Both the position numbers and the translations under genes were made by a program. From NCBI GenBank assembly GCA_963797095.1, contig CAWCNY010000005.1:32001-96000 (forward strand): a DNA stretch of 64,000 nt, read 5' to 3'. The first letter of the stretch is position 1. Every line of letters begins with the position of its first letter. Shown here one piece after another: positions 50,346 through 58,968 of this stretch. The stretch comes from an uncultured Chloroflexia bacterium (GTDB lineage Bacteria > Chloroflexota > Chloroflexia > QHBQ01 > JADMIH01). The notes under the pieces are model-generated. The model did not search any database. It was not told where the DNA came from and saw only the letters and a program-made list of their open reading frames with translations.

Positions 50346-51520
50346 TACGCGCTCCTCCCAGCAGCCGCGGCGGTTTCCATCGCTTTCATTACGCCAGCGT
50401 GCTTTACAGCACCGTCATGGGTAATCAGCGTGCCCGCCACGATATCATCGTCCATGTTGAGGTTGAAATCGCCCTCCTTGGTGATCATGAGGCCAAGCAG
50501 GTTGAGCATGTTCTTGGAGTAAAGCTGGCTTGAATGGATCGGCATGGAGCTTGGCACGTTCAAGGGACCGAGGATGCGCACATTGTGCTTGATGAAATCA
50601 CAGCCAGGCTCGGTAAGGGTGCAGTTGCCGCCGTTCTCCGCCGCCAGGTCCACGATGACCGAGCCGGGTTTCATATCGCGCACCATTTCCTCGGTTACAA
50701 GCTCAGGGGCGGGCCTGCCGGGAATAAGGGCGGTGGTGATTACCACGTCGGAGTTTTTCACATGTTTATGGAGTAGCTCGACCTCGCGCTTGTGGGCTTC
50801 CTCGGATAGTTGAGTGGCGTAGCCGCCGGCAGTCTGTGTCTGCTCTTCGATAGGCATCTCAACGAATTTGGCACCCAGGCTTTCAACCTGCTCTTTTACG
50901 ACCGGGCGAACGTCGAACGCCTCCACGACTGCGCCAAGCCTGCGGGCGGTGGCTATCGCCATCAACCCGGCCACGCCTGCTCCCAGGACGAACACGCGAA
51001 CAGGGGGTACTGTACCCGCAGCGGTCATTAGCAGTGGGAAGAACTTGCCCATGGCGTTGGCGGCCAGCAGGACCGATTTGTAGCCCGCCACGGTGCTCAT
51101 AGAGGAGAGAGCGTCCATGCTCTGCGCACGGGTGGTACGCGGAATGGCATCCATGCTGAAGCTAGTGATCCCGGCTTCGGCGAGTTTGTTTACCAGGTCG
51201 TGATTCACCAGAGGCGAGAAGAAGGTGATCAATACCGACCCAGGTTTCATCATATCAATTTCGTGCTTGCCCATCGCTTCGTTCATGATGGGACGCCCAA
51301 CCTTGCAGATCACATCGCTATGAGCAAACAAATCGGCGGGACCGGCCACTATGGTCGCACCCGCCGATTTGTATGCTTCGTCCAGAAACGAGGATTCGAG
51401 GCCCGCGTCGCTTTCGACAAGCACCTCAACACCTTTCTTTACCAATTGTTGTACGCCTTCCGGGATAAGAGCCACACGTCGCTCACCCGGAATTATTTCT
51501 TTAGGGACACCTAGTTTCAA
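50345..51520 (-). CDS. pntA: NAD(P) transhydrogenase alpha subunit part 1 (NAD-binding)
   Basis: GVPKE..GERRVA, RAQSMDALSSM, GAGVAGL, ITTALIPGRPAP. Confidence 0.96.
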   Translation of the reverse strand: MKLGVPKEIIPGERRVALIPEGVQQLVKKGVEVLVESDAGLESSFLDEAYKSAGATIVAGPADLFAHSDVICKVGRPIMNEAMGKHEIDMMKPGSVLITFFSPLVNHDLVNKLAEAGITSFSMDAIPRTTRAQSMDALSSMSTVAGYKSVLLAANAMGKFFPLLMTAAGTVPPVRVFVLGAGVAGLMAIATARRLGAVVEAFDVRPVVKEQVESLGAKFVEMPIEEQTQTAGGYATQLSEEAHKREVELLHKHVKNSDVVITTALIPGRPAPELVTEEMVRDMKPGSVIVDLAAENGGNCTLTEPGCDFIKHNVRILGPLNVPSSMPIHSSQLYSKNMLNLLGLMITKEGDFNLNMDDDIVAGTLITHDGAVKHAGVMKAMETAAAAGRSA

Positions 51521-51558
51521 GAGTGCCTCCTTTTATCTTAGGTTTGTGCCAACCTTAA

Positions 51559-51576
51559 TTGTACCTCAATTCACAA
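51559..51576. promoter_or_regulatory. Putative Rex operator overlapping the pnt -10 element
   Basis: Minus strand TTGTGAA-TTGA-GGTACAA; 11 of 14 positions match TTGTGAA-N4-TTCACAA; overlaps TACAAT. Confidence 0.5.
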
Positions 51577-51688
51577 TATTCGTCTAATGCCGTTCATAGC
51601 AATCTTCTCATGAAAAGGGGCAGACACTCTGGCCTGCCCCTAACCTTCATCGCTTAGGGAAAGATTTCAAGACCCTGGATTTACGCGA

Positions 51689-52675
51689 TCAGAGTAGCTC
51701 TTTTACGTCCTCGCGCTCGCCAATCAACTCGAACTGTGTTGTATCGAGCTTCTTGCTGGCGAATTGTGAAATGTGCGCACCTTCCACGATCTCCCAGTTG
51801 CCATCGCCATCGGAACGGCAGGGGAAGGAGAAGATCAGATTATCGGCGATGCCGTACTTGTTGCCCTCGGAGGCAACCGCCATGCTGTACCAATCGTCGC
51901 CTTCAGTCTTGTTCAGAAGGGCACGAACGTGATCGAGGACCGCATTGGCAGCGGAGGCGGCGCTCGATTTGCCTCTGGCCGCGATGATCGCGGCCCCTCG
52001 CTTCTGGATCATTTCGATGAAGGTATTTTCCAGCCAGTGGCGGTCGTTTATGACGTTTTGGGCAGGCTCGCCTCCGATGCGGGCATTCTCGAAGTCTGGG
52101 TACTGGGTGGAGCTATGGTTGCCCCATATGGTCATACGGGTGACGTCTGTCACGGGGTGCCCGGACTTGATGGCAAGCTGGGCCATGCTGCGGTTCTGAT
52201 CGAGGCGGGTGAGGGCTGTGAACCTCTCACGCGGCACGTCAGGCGCGTGGCTCATGGCGATCAGGCAGTTGGTGTTGCATGGGTTGCCGACCACCACCAC
52301 GCGGATGTCGGGAGCAGCGGTCTTATTGATGGCGCTCCCCTGGTCGCGGAAGCTGGTGGCGTTCATCATCAGGAGGTCCTTGCGCTCCATTCCTGGGCCT
52401 CGTGGCGTGGCACCCACAAGTAGGGCCAAGTTGGCGCCAGCGAAGGCATCTTCATCGCTGTCGGTGAGCGACACCTTCCCCAGGAGGGGGAAGGCGCAGT
52501 CGTCAAGCTCCATCTTGACGCCTTCGAGCGTGCCCACAAATTGTGGCACCTCCTTTATTATCAGATTGACCGGCTGGTCCATGCCGAACACTTCTCCATT
52601 GGCGAGCCTGAAGAGCAGGCTGTATGCGACCTGCCCGGCCCCGCCCGTCACCGCTACTGTAATTGGCGATTTCAT
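51689..52675 (-). CDS. mdh: Malate dehydrogenase
   Basis: [55 protein letters not shown]. Confidence 0.97.
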   Translation of the reverse strand: MKSPITVAVTGGAGQVAYSLLFRLANGEVFGMDQPVNLIIKEVPQFVGTLEGVKMELDDCAFPLLGKVSLTDSDEDAFAGANLALLVGATPRGPGMERKDLLMMNATSFRDQGSAINKTAAPDIRVVVVGNPCNTNCLIAMSHAPDVPRERFTALTRLDQNRSMAQLAIKSGHPVTDVTRMTIWGNHSSTQYPDFENARIGGEPAQNVINDRHWLENTFIEMIQKRGAAIIAARGKSSAASAANAVLDHVRALLNKTEGDDWYSMAVASEGNKYGIADNLIFSFPCRSDGDGNWEIVEGAHISQFASKKLDTTQFELIGEREDVKELL

Positions 52676-52701
52676 CGTTGATAATCCTCCATCGTTGCTT
52701 T

Positions 52702-53217
52702 TTACCTGTGCTTAAGCTTTGACCTCAGCGGTTTTACGTTCGAGGGTATTATACTGATCGTGCCGTCAACTTCAAGCATAGCCTCCCCTATATCTGTGAT
52801 CGTGTCGAATCCATGCTCGCGTGCGGCCTTGAGAAGGTCATCCACATCGAGACCCTCGCGGCGCATGTTGGCTTCAAGGACGTGACCGTCGTGCACGAGC
52901 AGGCGTGGTTGGCCCATGAAGAAGCGCCTGAAGTTGGGATTGCGAAAGCCCACTTTGTTCAGGACCCAGTTGGTGAGAAGAAGCACGCTCACCGAGACAA
53001 TCGCACCTGTGAGGGATATGTCGCTCCCTATCATAGCGTTCTGCACCGCATTGCTAACGACCAGGATCACCACGAGGTCAAAAGGGGTCATCTGGCCTAG
53101 CTCACGCTTGCCGAAGATACGTAATGCACTGATCAGAACCAGATAGACGACGAACGTGCGAATGGCAATCCAGAGGAGAGCGACCGGATCTAGCGTGAGA
53201 AGGTCCTGGGGGATCAT
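52702..53217 (-). CDS. DUF421 / YetF family membrane protein
   Basis: [27 protein letters not shown]. Confidence 0.9.
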   Translation of the reverse strand: MIPQDLLTLDPVALLWIAIRTFVVYLVLISALRIFGKRELGQMTPFDLVVILVVSNAVQNAMIGSDISLTGAIVSVSVLLLTNWVLNKVGFRNPNFRRFFMGQPRLLVHDGHVLEANMRREGLDVDDLLKAAREHGFDTITDIGEAMLEVDGTISIIPSNVKPLRSKLKHR

Positions 53218-53298
53218 ATCTGCCTTAAGGCGTAATAGTTGGCGAAGTTTGTCGCGACAAAAAGTGCCGGAACTCCTCCTTCGCCTGGAGCGTTCTTC

Positions 53299-54417
53299 TC
53301 AGTCGTTGCCGCTTGTACCTTCGAGAGTGGCGGAAATCAAGTAATCGACCACCGTGTTCATGTCGCCTGTCTTGCGGAATACTGCTAGCTGCCTGTCGGC
53401 CCCGGTGCCGATCTTCAGTATCGTGTTGATATATTCTACCGCTTTGCGGCTGCCGAGTTCATCCAGCACGTCGTCCACGAATTCAAGTAGCTCGGAGGCA
53501 AGCTCGCGCATCGGCACTTCCTCGCGCTTGCCGAAGTCGATCAACAGGCCATCTATGCCGTAGCGCGCGGCCCGCCATTTGTTCTCCATGATCAGGGCTC
53601 GGTCGTACAGGCGGAAGCCCATGTTGGCCTTGCGAAGTTTGTAGAGCTTGGCGACGATGGCCTGGAACAAGCCGACAAGCATGATCGCGTCGTTGATGCT
53701 GGTCGGCATGTCGCAGACGCGGAACTCGAGGGTGCTGAAGTAGGGGTGCGGGCGCAAGTCCCACCAGATCTTCTTGCCGTTGTCGATGCAGTTGGTCTGG
53801 ACCAGCAGGTTTACGAAGCCCTCGAAGTCGGCCCAGGAGTTGAAGGTTGAGGGGATGCCTGTGCGCGGAAATTGCTGCCAGATGATCGTGCGGTATGATT
53901 TCAGGCCGGTCACGCGGCCCTGCCAGAATGGCGAGTTGGTGGATAGAGCAAGGAGGTGGGGAAGGAAGTAGCGGGCTTCGTTCATGATCTCGATGAGGAG
54001 GTCACGGTCGGGGATGCCTACGTGTACGTGCAGCCCGAAAATAAGGATCGAGCGCACAACATCTTGCAAGTCTTCTTCGAGCATTTTGTAGCGGTCGTGC
54101 TCGGTAATCAGCTGGCTTTGCCAGTGGGAGAAGGGGTGAGCGCCGGCACTGACGATGGCAAGCCCGCTTTGGCCGGCGAGCTGCCCAAGGCCGGAACGCA
54201 ACTTCATAACCTCGCGGCGCGCGTCTTCGACGGACTCGCAGATGGGCGAGACTGTTTCGACCATCGACTGGATCATCTCGCGCTTGATATTCTCGGTGAA
54301 GGCCGGGTCGCCGCTGGCAAGCATCTGCTCGACATGTGGCCTGAGGTCGCGGGTGGAGGGATCGACGATCTGGAACTCCTCTTCCACTCCTATTGTGAAC
54401 ATCTTTTGCATAGCCAT
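53299..54417 (-). CDS. Carboxylate-amine ligase (GCS2/YbdK family)
   Basis: TIGVEEEFQIVD, IFGLHVHVG, LALSTNSPFW.G, IWWDLRPHP.F.TLEFRVCD. Confidence 0.95.
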   Translation of the reverse strand: MAMQKMFTIGVEEEFQIVDPSTRDLRPHVEQMLASGDPAFTENIKREMIQSMVETVSPICESVEDARREVMKLRSGLGQLAGQSGLAIVSAGAHPFSHWQSQLITEHDRYKMLEEDLQDVVRSILIFGLHVHVGIPDRDLLIEIMNEARYFLPHLLALSTNSPFWQGRVTGLKSYRTIIWQQFPRTGIPSTFNSWADFEGFVNLLVQTNCIDNGKKIWWDLRPHPYFSTLEFRVCDMPTSINDAIMLVGLFQAIVAKLYKLRKANMGFRLYDRALIMENKWRAARYGIDGLLIDFGKREEVPMRELASELLEFVDDVLDELGSRKAVEYINTILKIGTGADRQLAVFRKTGDMNTVVDYLISATLEGTSGND

Positions 54418-54525
54418 GCTCCTGGGGTGCGAAACGTGGGACTGAAGACGAAGGACGATGAGTGACGAGTGACGAGTGTGATTAAGAATTACGAACTGTC
54501 GTCCATCCCCCTTGGTGCTTCGTCA

Positions 54526-55944
54526 TCACGTTTCACGAGATACTACCATTGTTGGAACCACCGAGCCTGTGCCGGCGGTTACGTTCAGTAGGGCAACTGC
54601 TGATAGTCTGGTTAGGATGCCTTGAGTGTCTGACCCGAATACAAAGGGGTCGAGATCGGCGGTCAGGTCGCGGAAGCTTACACCGTGAAGTGGATCGTAG
54701 TAGGGGTATGGCTCCTGATCGAGTTGCACGGCCCATTGGACCACAAAAGGGCTTTCCTGGGCATCCTTCAAAGCCCTTGTCCATGCCGCGTCGTCCATTG
54801 TCCAGCCGATGCTGACGCCCTTACCGCCATATTCGTCGTTGGGCTTTAGGACCAGTCTGTCTTTGTTCTCTGCAATGAAAGGCAGCAGGTCGATTTGCCT
54901 GCCGTTGAAGGTGGTGTGCCCCTCGGCCACCCGGCGGGTCCAGGGGATATGATTCTGGATGACTTCCAGCTCATGCTTGCTGAAAAGGTGGGCGTTGGCG
55001 TCGTCGTGAAGGAGGCCCAGGCTGATCTTCTTGTGTAATAGCTTGGCACGGAACGAATTGATCACGCAGATTGCCCCGGCTTCATAGGCTTCAAGGGTGG
55101 GGAGCGCTATGTGTGGGTCGGCCAGCAATTCGCTTGTCAGCACGCGCTTGTAGTAGATGTCGATCGTGAAATCACCATCACGCAAGCGACCGCCGGTGAA
55201 CTCCAGCTTGCGTGGGTCGGTAATGAGAACGTTCAAGCCCTTCGACTCGAAATAGTCCTTGAAGAGCACGAACTCGCTGGCCGTCGGGACGTCTCCCCAA
55301 TCGACAATGGCGATATTCGGGCGTTCGTTGAAGTTGGAGGTTCCACGGTTGCTTCGGAATTCCCGCCACGTTTGCTCGATGGCGTCCATGAAGCGGTCTC
55401 TTGCGAACAGGCCACGCACACTATAGCCGCGCTGCCGGGTCCACTCCCGCATCACCGGAAGCTCAAGAAAAACTTCGGCCAGCACATCTTCGTAGGCGAT
55501 AGCGGCTGGCGACTCAGCGTTCATTTCAACGAACCGCCAGTCGCGCTCCGACCAGAAAGAATCGAGCCGGGCGCTGGTGGAAGGCTCTTCGAAACCGGGA
55601 TCGATGCGGCAAAGCCTGTACTCCTCGTCCGTGAGGTCGAGTTGGGCCATCAGGTTAAGGTCCTGCATGATGGCGCGGCGGAGCTTGACGAAGGCTGATG
55701 CCAGGGTGCTCACAACGTCTGTAATGACGGCGTGCTGGCCGGGTGTGACAAAGTGGGGGCGCAGATAGCGGCTAAACTGCTCACCCCGAAACACGAGGTT
55801 GCGCTCGTGGCTCAGCAGCGCCAGTTTCTCTTGCGAGTCGGACGCCAGCGCCGGGTTCGCCGCTACAAACTCGTGATAATCTTCAATCGCCGGGTGCGCG
55901 CTCTCCGCGTCGATCCCTGATTGCGGCTCTCTGTTCATAATCAC
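54526..55944 (-). CDS. Circularly permuted ATP-grasp (glutathionylspermidine synthase-like) ligase
   Basis: ARLDSF, FVEMNAESPA, IDIYYKR, INSFRAKLLHKK, LVLKPNDEYGGKGV.IG, LNVTAG. Confidence 0.88.
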   Translation of the reverse strand: MIMNREPQSGIDAESAHPAIEDYHEFVAANPALASDSQEKLALLSHERNLVFRGEQFSRYLRPHFVTPGQHAVITDVVSTLASAFVKLRRAIMQDLNLMAQLDLTDEEYRLCRIDPGFEEPSTSARLDSFWSERDWRFVEMNAESPAAIAYEDVLAEVFLELPVMREWTRQRGYSVRGLFARDRFMDAIEQTWREFRSNRGTSNFNERPNIAIVDWGDVPTASEFVLFKDYFESKGLNVLITDPRKLEFTGGRLRDGDFTIDIYYKRVLTSELLADPHIALPTLEAYEAGAICVINSFRAKLLHKKISLGLLHDDANAHLFSKHELEVIQNHIPWTRRVAEGHTTFNGRQIDLLPFIAENKDRLVLKPNDEYGGKGVSIGWTMDDAAWTRALKDAQESPFVVQWAVQLDQEPYPYYDPLHGVSFRDLTADLDPFVFGSDTQGILTRLSAVALLNVTAGTGSVVPTMVVSRET

Positions 55945-56026
55945 GCTGCCTCTCTGTCAAACAATGAACCGTGCTTCCGGGGGAGCGTCCTTGCACCGGC
56001 CAGGTTACACATACGAAGTCAATTGA

Positions 56027-57082
56027 TTACTCGCTTTGCTTCTTCCTGCCTCTCGGTTTCTTTTCGGAGGCTGCTTCGGCCATAGCTGGGTGCGCGAACT
56101 CGTCCCAATTCTTTACCGGATTGCCGGCGGGGGGTGGGGTCGAATTGAGGAAGTAGTCCCAGCGCCAGTGGTGGCCGGGAGTATAGCCCTGAAGGGCACG
56201 CTCGATGCAGAGGTTTGCCATGTTTTCTACCACCCACTCGAAATAGGTGGGGGTGATCGAATGGTAGTCCATATCGGGAGCGGGGTTCAGCCAGTCAATG
56301 GCGTAGGGGATGTTGTCGCGGACGGCGAACTCGGCGGTGCACATGTCATAGCCCAGCGAACCCATAAGTGCCTGGCAGTCCTTCACCACTCTTGCATGCA
56401 GCTCTTTGCCGAAGAACTCCTCAGGGTCGTCGACGACATAGCGCATGTGGAATGGGTTGCCCGGCTCATAGCGGATCACCTTGATGTTGGTTTGACCGAG
56501 GCAGATACAGCGGGCGTATTTGTCGAATTGTATCCCTTCCTGGAGGATCATGCCCAATTCACCTGTCTGGTCGAAGGCCCAGATCAGTTCTTCGATGCTA
56601 TGGACTTTATAGACGTTCTTCCAGCCACCACCCCAGAACGGCTTAAGGAACGCAGGAAAGCCCACGTAGTCGGCAATCGAGCCCCAATCGAGCGGGTATT
56701 CGAGGTTGCGCAGCGAATCGGAGACTACGCCCTCCACGTACGATTTCTGTGGAAGCACGATGGTGCGGGGAACGGCTACGCCCTGCCTGGTGGCAAGGCA
56801 TGCCTCGAAGAATTTGTCATCGGCTGCCCACCAGAACGGGTTGTTTATCACAACCGCGCCATCCAGAACGGCCTTCTTGAGGTAGCCGCGATAGTAGGGT
56901 ATCTCATGAGAGATGCGGTCAACTATCACCGCATAGCGGCCCGGCTCGTCCATGCGAGTGCCGCCCAGCTTGCAGAACTCGGCGCGCACACCCATGTCCT
57001 TGGAGTTTATCCGATCTATGAAGGCGTGGGGAAAGGTGTTCTCCCGCCCCACCAGCAGCCCGACAATTTTCTCATCAGCCAT
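56027..57082 (-). CDS. RimK/GshB-like ATP-grasp ligase
   Basis: VINNPFWW.ADDKF, VPRT, GFPAFLKPFWGGGWKNV, ILQEGI, EFAV....YAIDWLNPAPD. Confidence 0.88.
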   Translation of the reverse strand: MADEKIVGLLVGRENTFPHAFIDRINSKDMGVRAEFCKLGGTRMDEPGRYAVIVDRISHEIPYYRGYLKKAVLDGAVVINNPFWWAADDKFFEACLATRQGVAVPRTIVLPQKSYVEGVVSDSLRNLEYPLDWGSIADYVGFPAFLKPFWGGGWKNVYKVHSIEELIWAFDQTGELGMILQEGIQFDKYARCICLGQTNIKVIRYEPGNPFHMRYVVDDPEEFFGKELHARVVKDCQALMGSLGYDMCTAEFAVRDNIPYAIDWLNPAPDMDYHSITPTYFEWVVENMANLCIERALQGYTPGHHWRWDYFLNSTPPPAGNPVKNWDEFAHPAMAEAASEKKPRGRKKQSE

Positions 57083-57181
57083 AAGACTTCCCCCTCTGTT
57101 GGATAATTGTCATCGTGGTTGCAAAGGGATAAGCGATAATGGAGGGCTCAGGTTGCACAAAGCGAGCCTCCATTGCCTGCA

Positions 57182-57895
57182 CTAAAGATACTTCAATGCC
57201 ATCATTTTCCACCAGGGCCAATCGTGCCAAGCCCCGCCCCAGATGTCGAGGTTGTGAGGCACGGCCTTGGCCCACAGGTCGCGCGATAATTGCTCTGTGG
57301 AGGCGCGACAGATGTCTTCGGAGCCAACCGCCAGGATGATATCTTGCTGGCGCATGCGGGAGAGATACCAATCGTCATGGAGATTGGGCAGATAGTCGAT
57401 CGGTGAGTTGAAATAGACTTCACTATCCATGCCAGTGCTGGCGAGGAACTGTAGCGAGTAAGCGCCGCTCATCGCCAGGATGCGGTGCACCATGTCGGGG
57501 TGCTTGAAGGCGAAGTTAATCGCGTGATAGGCCCCGAAAGAGGCACCTGTGAGATTAAGCTCGGAGACCACGCGTGAATTACGCTCCTGAAAGAATGGAA
57601 ATACCTCCTGGATGAGGTATTGCTCGTACTGGTTGTGGCGTTGGGCGCGAGCAGCGGGTGGAATCTCGCGGTTGTACCAAGACTCCATATCCACGGAGTC
57701 GATGCAAATCATATGCAATTCGCCGGAGTCGAAGCGCTCCTGAAGAGTCCCGACGAGCGAGAAATCTTCATTCTGGTAGAAGCGCCCGAACGAGGTAGGA
57801 AAAATAACGACCGGGCGACCGCCACTGCCGAAGAGCAAAAGCTCCATGTCCCTACCCAGGGCAGGGCTATACCATTTATGGTATTCACGGTGCAT
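57182..57895 (-). CDS. Putative esterase (alpha/beta hydrolase)
   Basis: WYSPALGRDMEL, FPTSFGRF, GASFGAYHA (GxSxG), HDWPWW; AGGGAG RBS. Confidence 0.92.
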   Translation of the reverse strand: MHREYHKWYSPALGRDMELLLFGSGGRPVVIFPTSFGRFYQNEDFSLVGTLQERFDSGELHMICIDSVDMESWYNREIPPAARAQRHNQYEQYLIQEVFPFFQERNSRVVSELNLTGASFGAYHAINFAFKHPDMVHRILAMSGAYSLQFLASTGMDSEVYFNSPIDYLPNLHDDWYLSRMRQQDIILAVGSEDICRASTEQLSRDLWAKAVPHNLDIWGGAWHDWPWWKMMALKYL

Positions 57896-58251
57896 GCGAA
57901 TGATACTCCCTGCTACGAGGCTTCGGATGATACGCGACGGGAAAGCCACTCATTGGCCTGACGGATGTAGTGCGGACAATTGTAGCATTTTTGTTTTCGG
58001 CGCGCAAGACGATTGGGCTGGATTCTCCTCCTTCCAATAATCCGCCGGATGTGGAAAACTCTTCGGACTGGTTGTTGATTTGCTCTACTGAGTGCCATAT
58101 ACTGGGTGTGTCGCTGATGTGTTGAGCGTTGGCGATAACAGAAACCCGAAGAGACCGCAAGGTTTGTTCGGGTTCTCTGTTTAAGTTGGCTTCCGGTGCG
58201 CACGCCGTACAGCTACACGCTCAGATGCGGTATAATGCGGTATAATTAGGT

Positions 58252-58923
58252 ATGCGCATACTTGTTGTTGACGACGATCCGCGAATCCGCGAGACGCTCA
58301 AGCGCCACCTTGCCTACGAGGGCTACCAGGTGTCTCTGGCAGCCGATAGCCGCGAGACATTCGCGCAGGTGGCGGATTCGAGGCCCGACCTGGTGGTGCT
58401 CGATTGGATGCTGCCCGGTATGGACGGCATCGAGATTTGCCGCCGCCTCCGGCAGGCCGACGATTTTCCCATTCTCATGCTCACGGCCAAAGGAACCCTG
58501 GAAGATAAGGTTGACGGGCTTGACAGCGGAGCCGATGACTTCCTGGTGAAGCCTTTCCAGCCTGAAGAGTTGCTTGCCCGCGTGCGTGCCCTATTGAGGC
58601 GGCGCGCTCCCGCTTCGCAATCGCCGGTGCTCCGGTTCGGTGTGCTCACGCTCGATACCGCCGCCCGGCAGGTGTGGGTTGGCGAAAAGCAGGTCGATCT
58701 ATCCAGCAAGGAATTCGACATGCTTGAGCTGCTGATGAGGCACCCTAACCAGGTGCTCACTCGCGATACTTTTTACGACCGCATCTGGGGCTACGACTTC
58801 AGCGGGGAGAGCAACATCCTGGAAGTGTATATTCGCTACCTGCGCGCAAAGCTGGACACAGCAAGCTCGCCACGCTACATACAGACCGTGCGTGGCGTGG
58901 GCTATGTGCTACGCGAGGCGTAA
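58252..58923 (+). CDS. OmpR/PhoB-family response regulator
   Basis: ILVVDDD, LDWMLP, MLTAK, GADDFLVKPF, winged HTH ...IQTVRGVGY. Confidence 0.96.
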   Translation: MRILVVDDDPRIRETLKRHLAYEGYQVSLAADSRETFAQVADSRPDLVVLDWMLPGMDGIEICRRLRQADDFPILMLTAKGTLEDKVDGLDSGADDFLVKPFQPEELLARVRALLRRRAPASQSPVLRFGVLTLDTAARQVWVGEKQVDLSSKEFDMLELLMRHPNQVLTRDTFYDRIWGYDFSGESNILEVYIRYLRAKLDTASSPRYIQTVRGVGYVLREA

Positions 58924-58968
58924 AAGTTACCATTCGTAAAGGGCTATTTAGCCAATTAACCAAATGCC

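Noticed and set aside
56036-57106. 356-aa plus-strand ORF
   Set aside because: Antisense shadow of the ATP-grasp gene, expected from high-GC codon bias.
57885-58203. Short minus-strand ORFs as a graspetide (RiPP) precursor for the ATP-grasp cluster
   Set aside because: No RBS, no repeated core motif or leader, and the ligases do not resemble graspetide synthetases.
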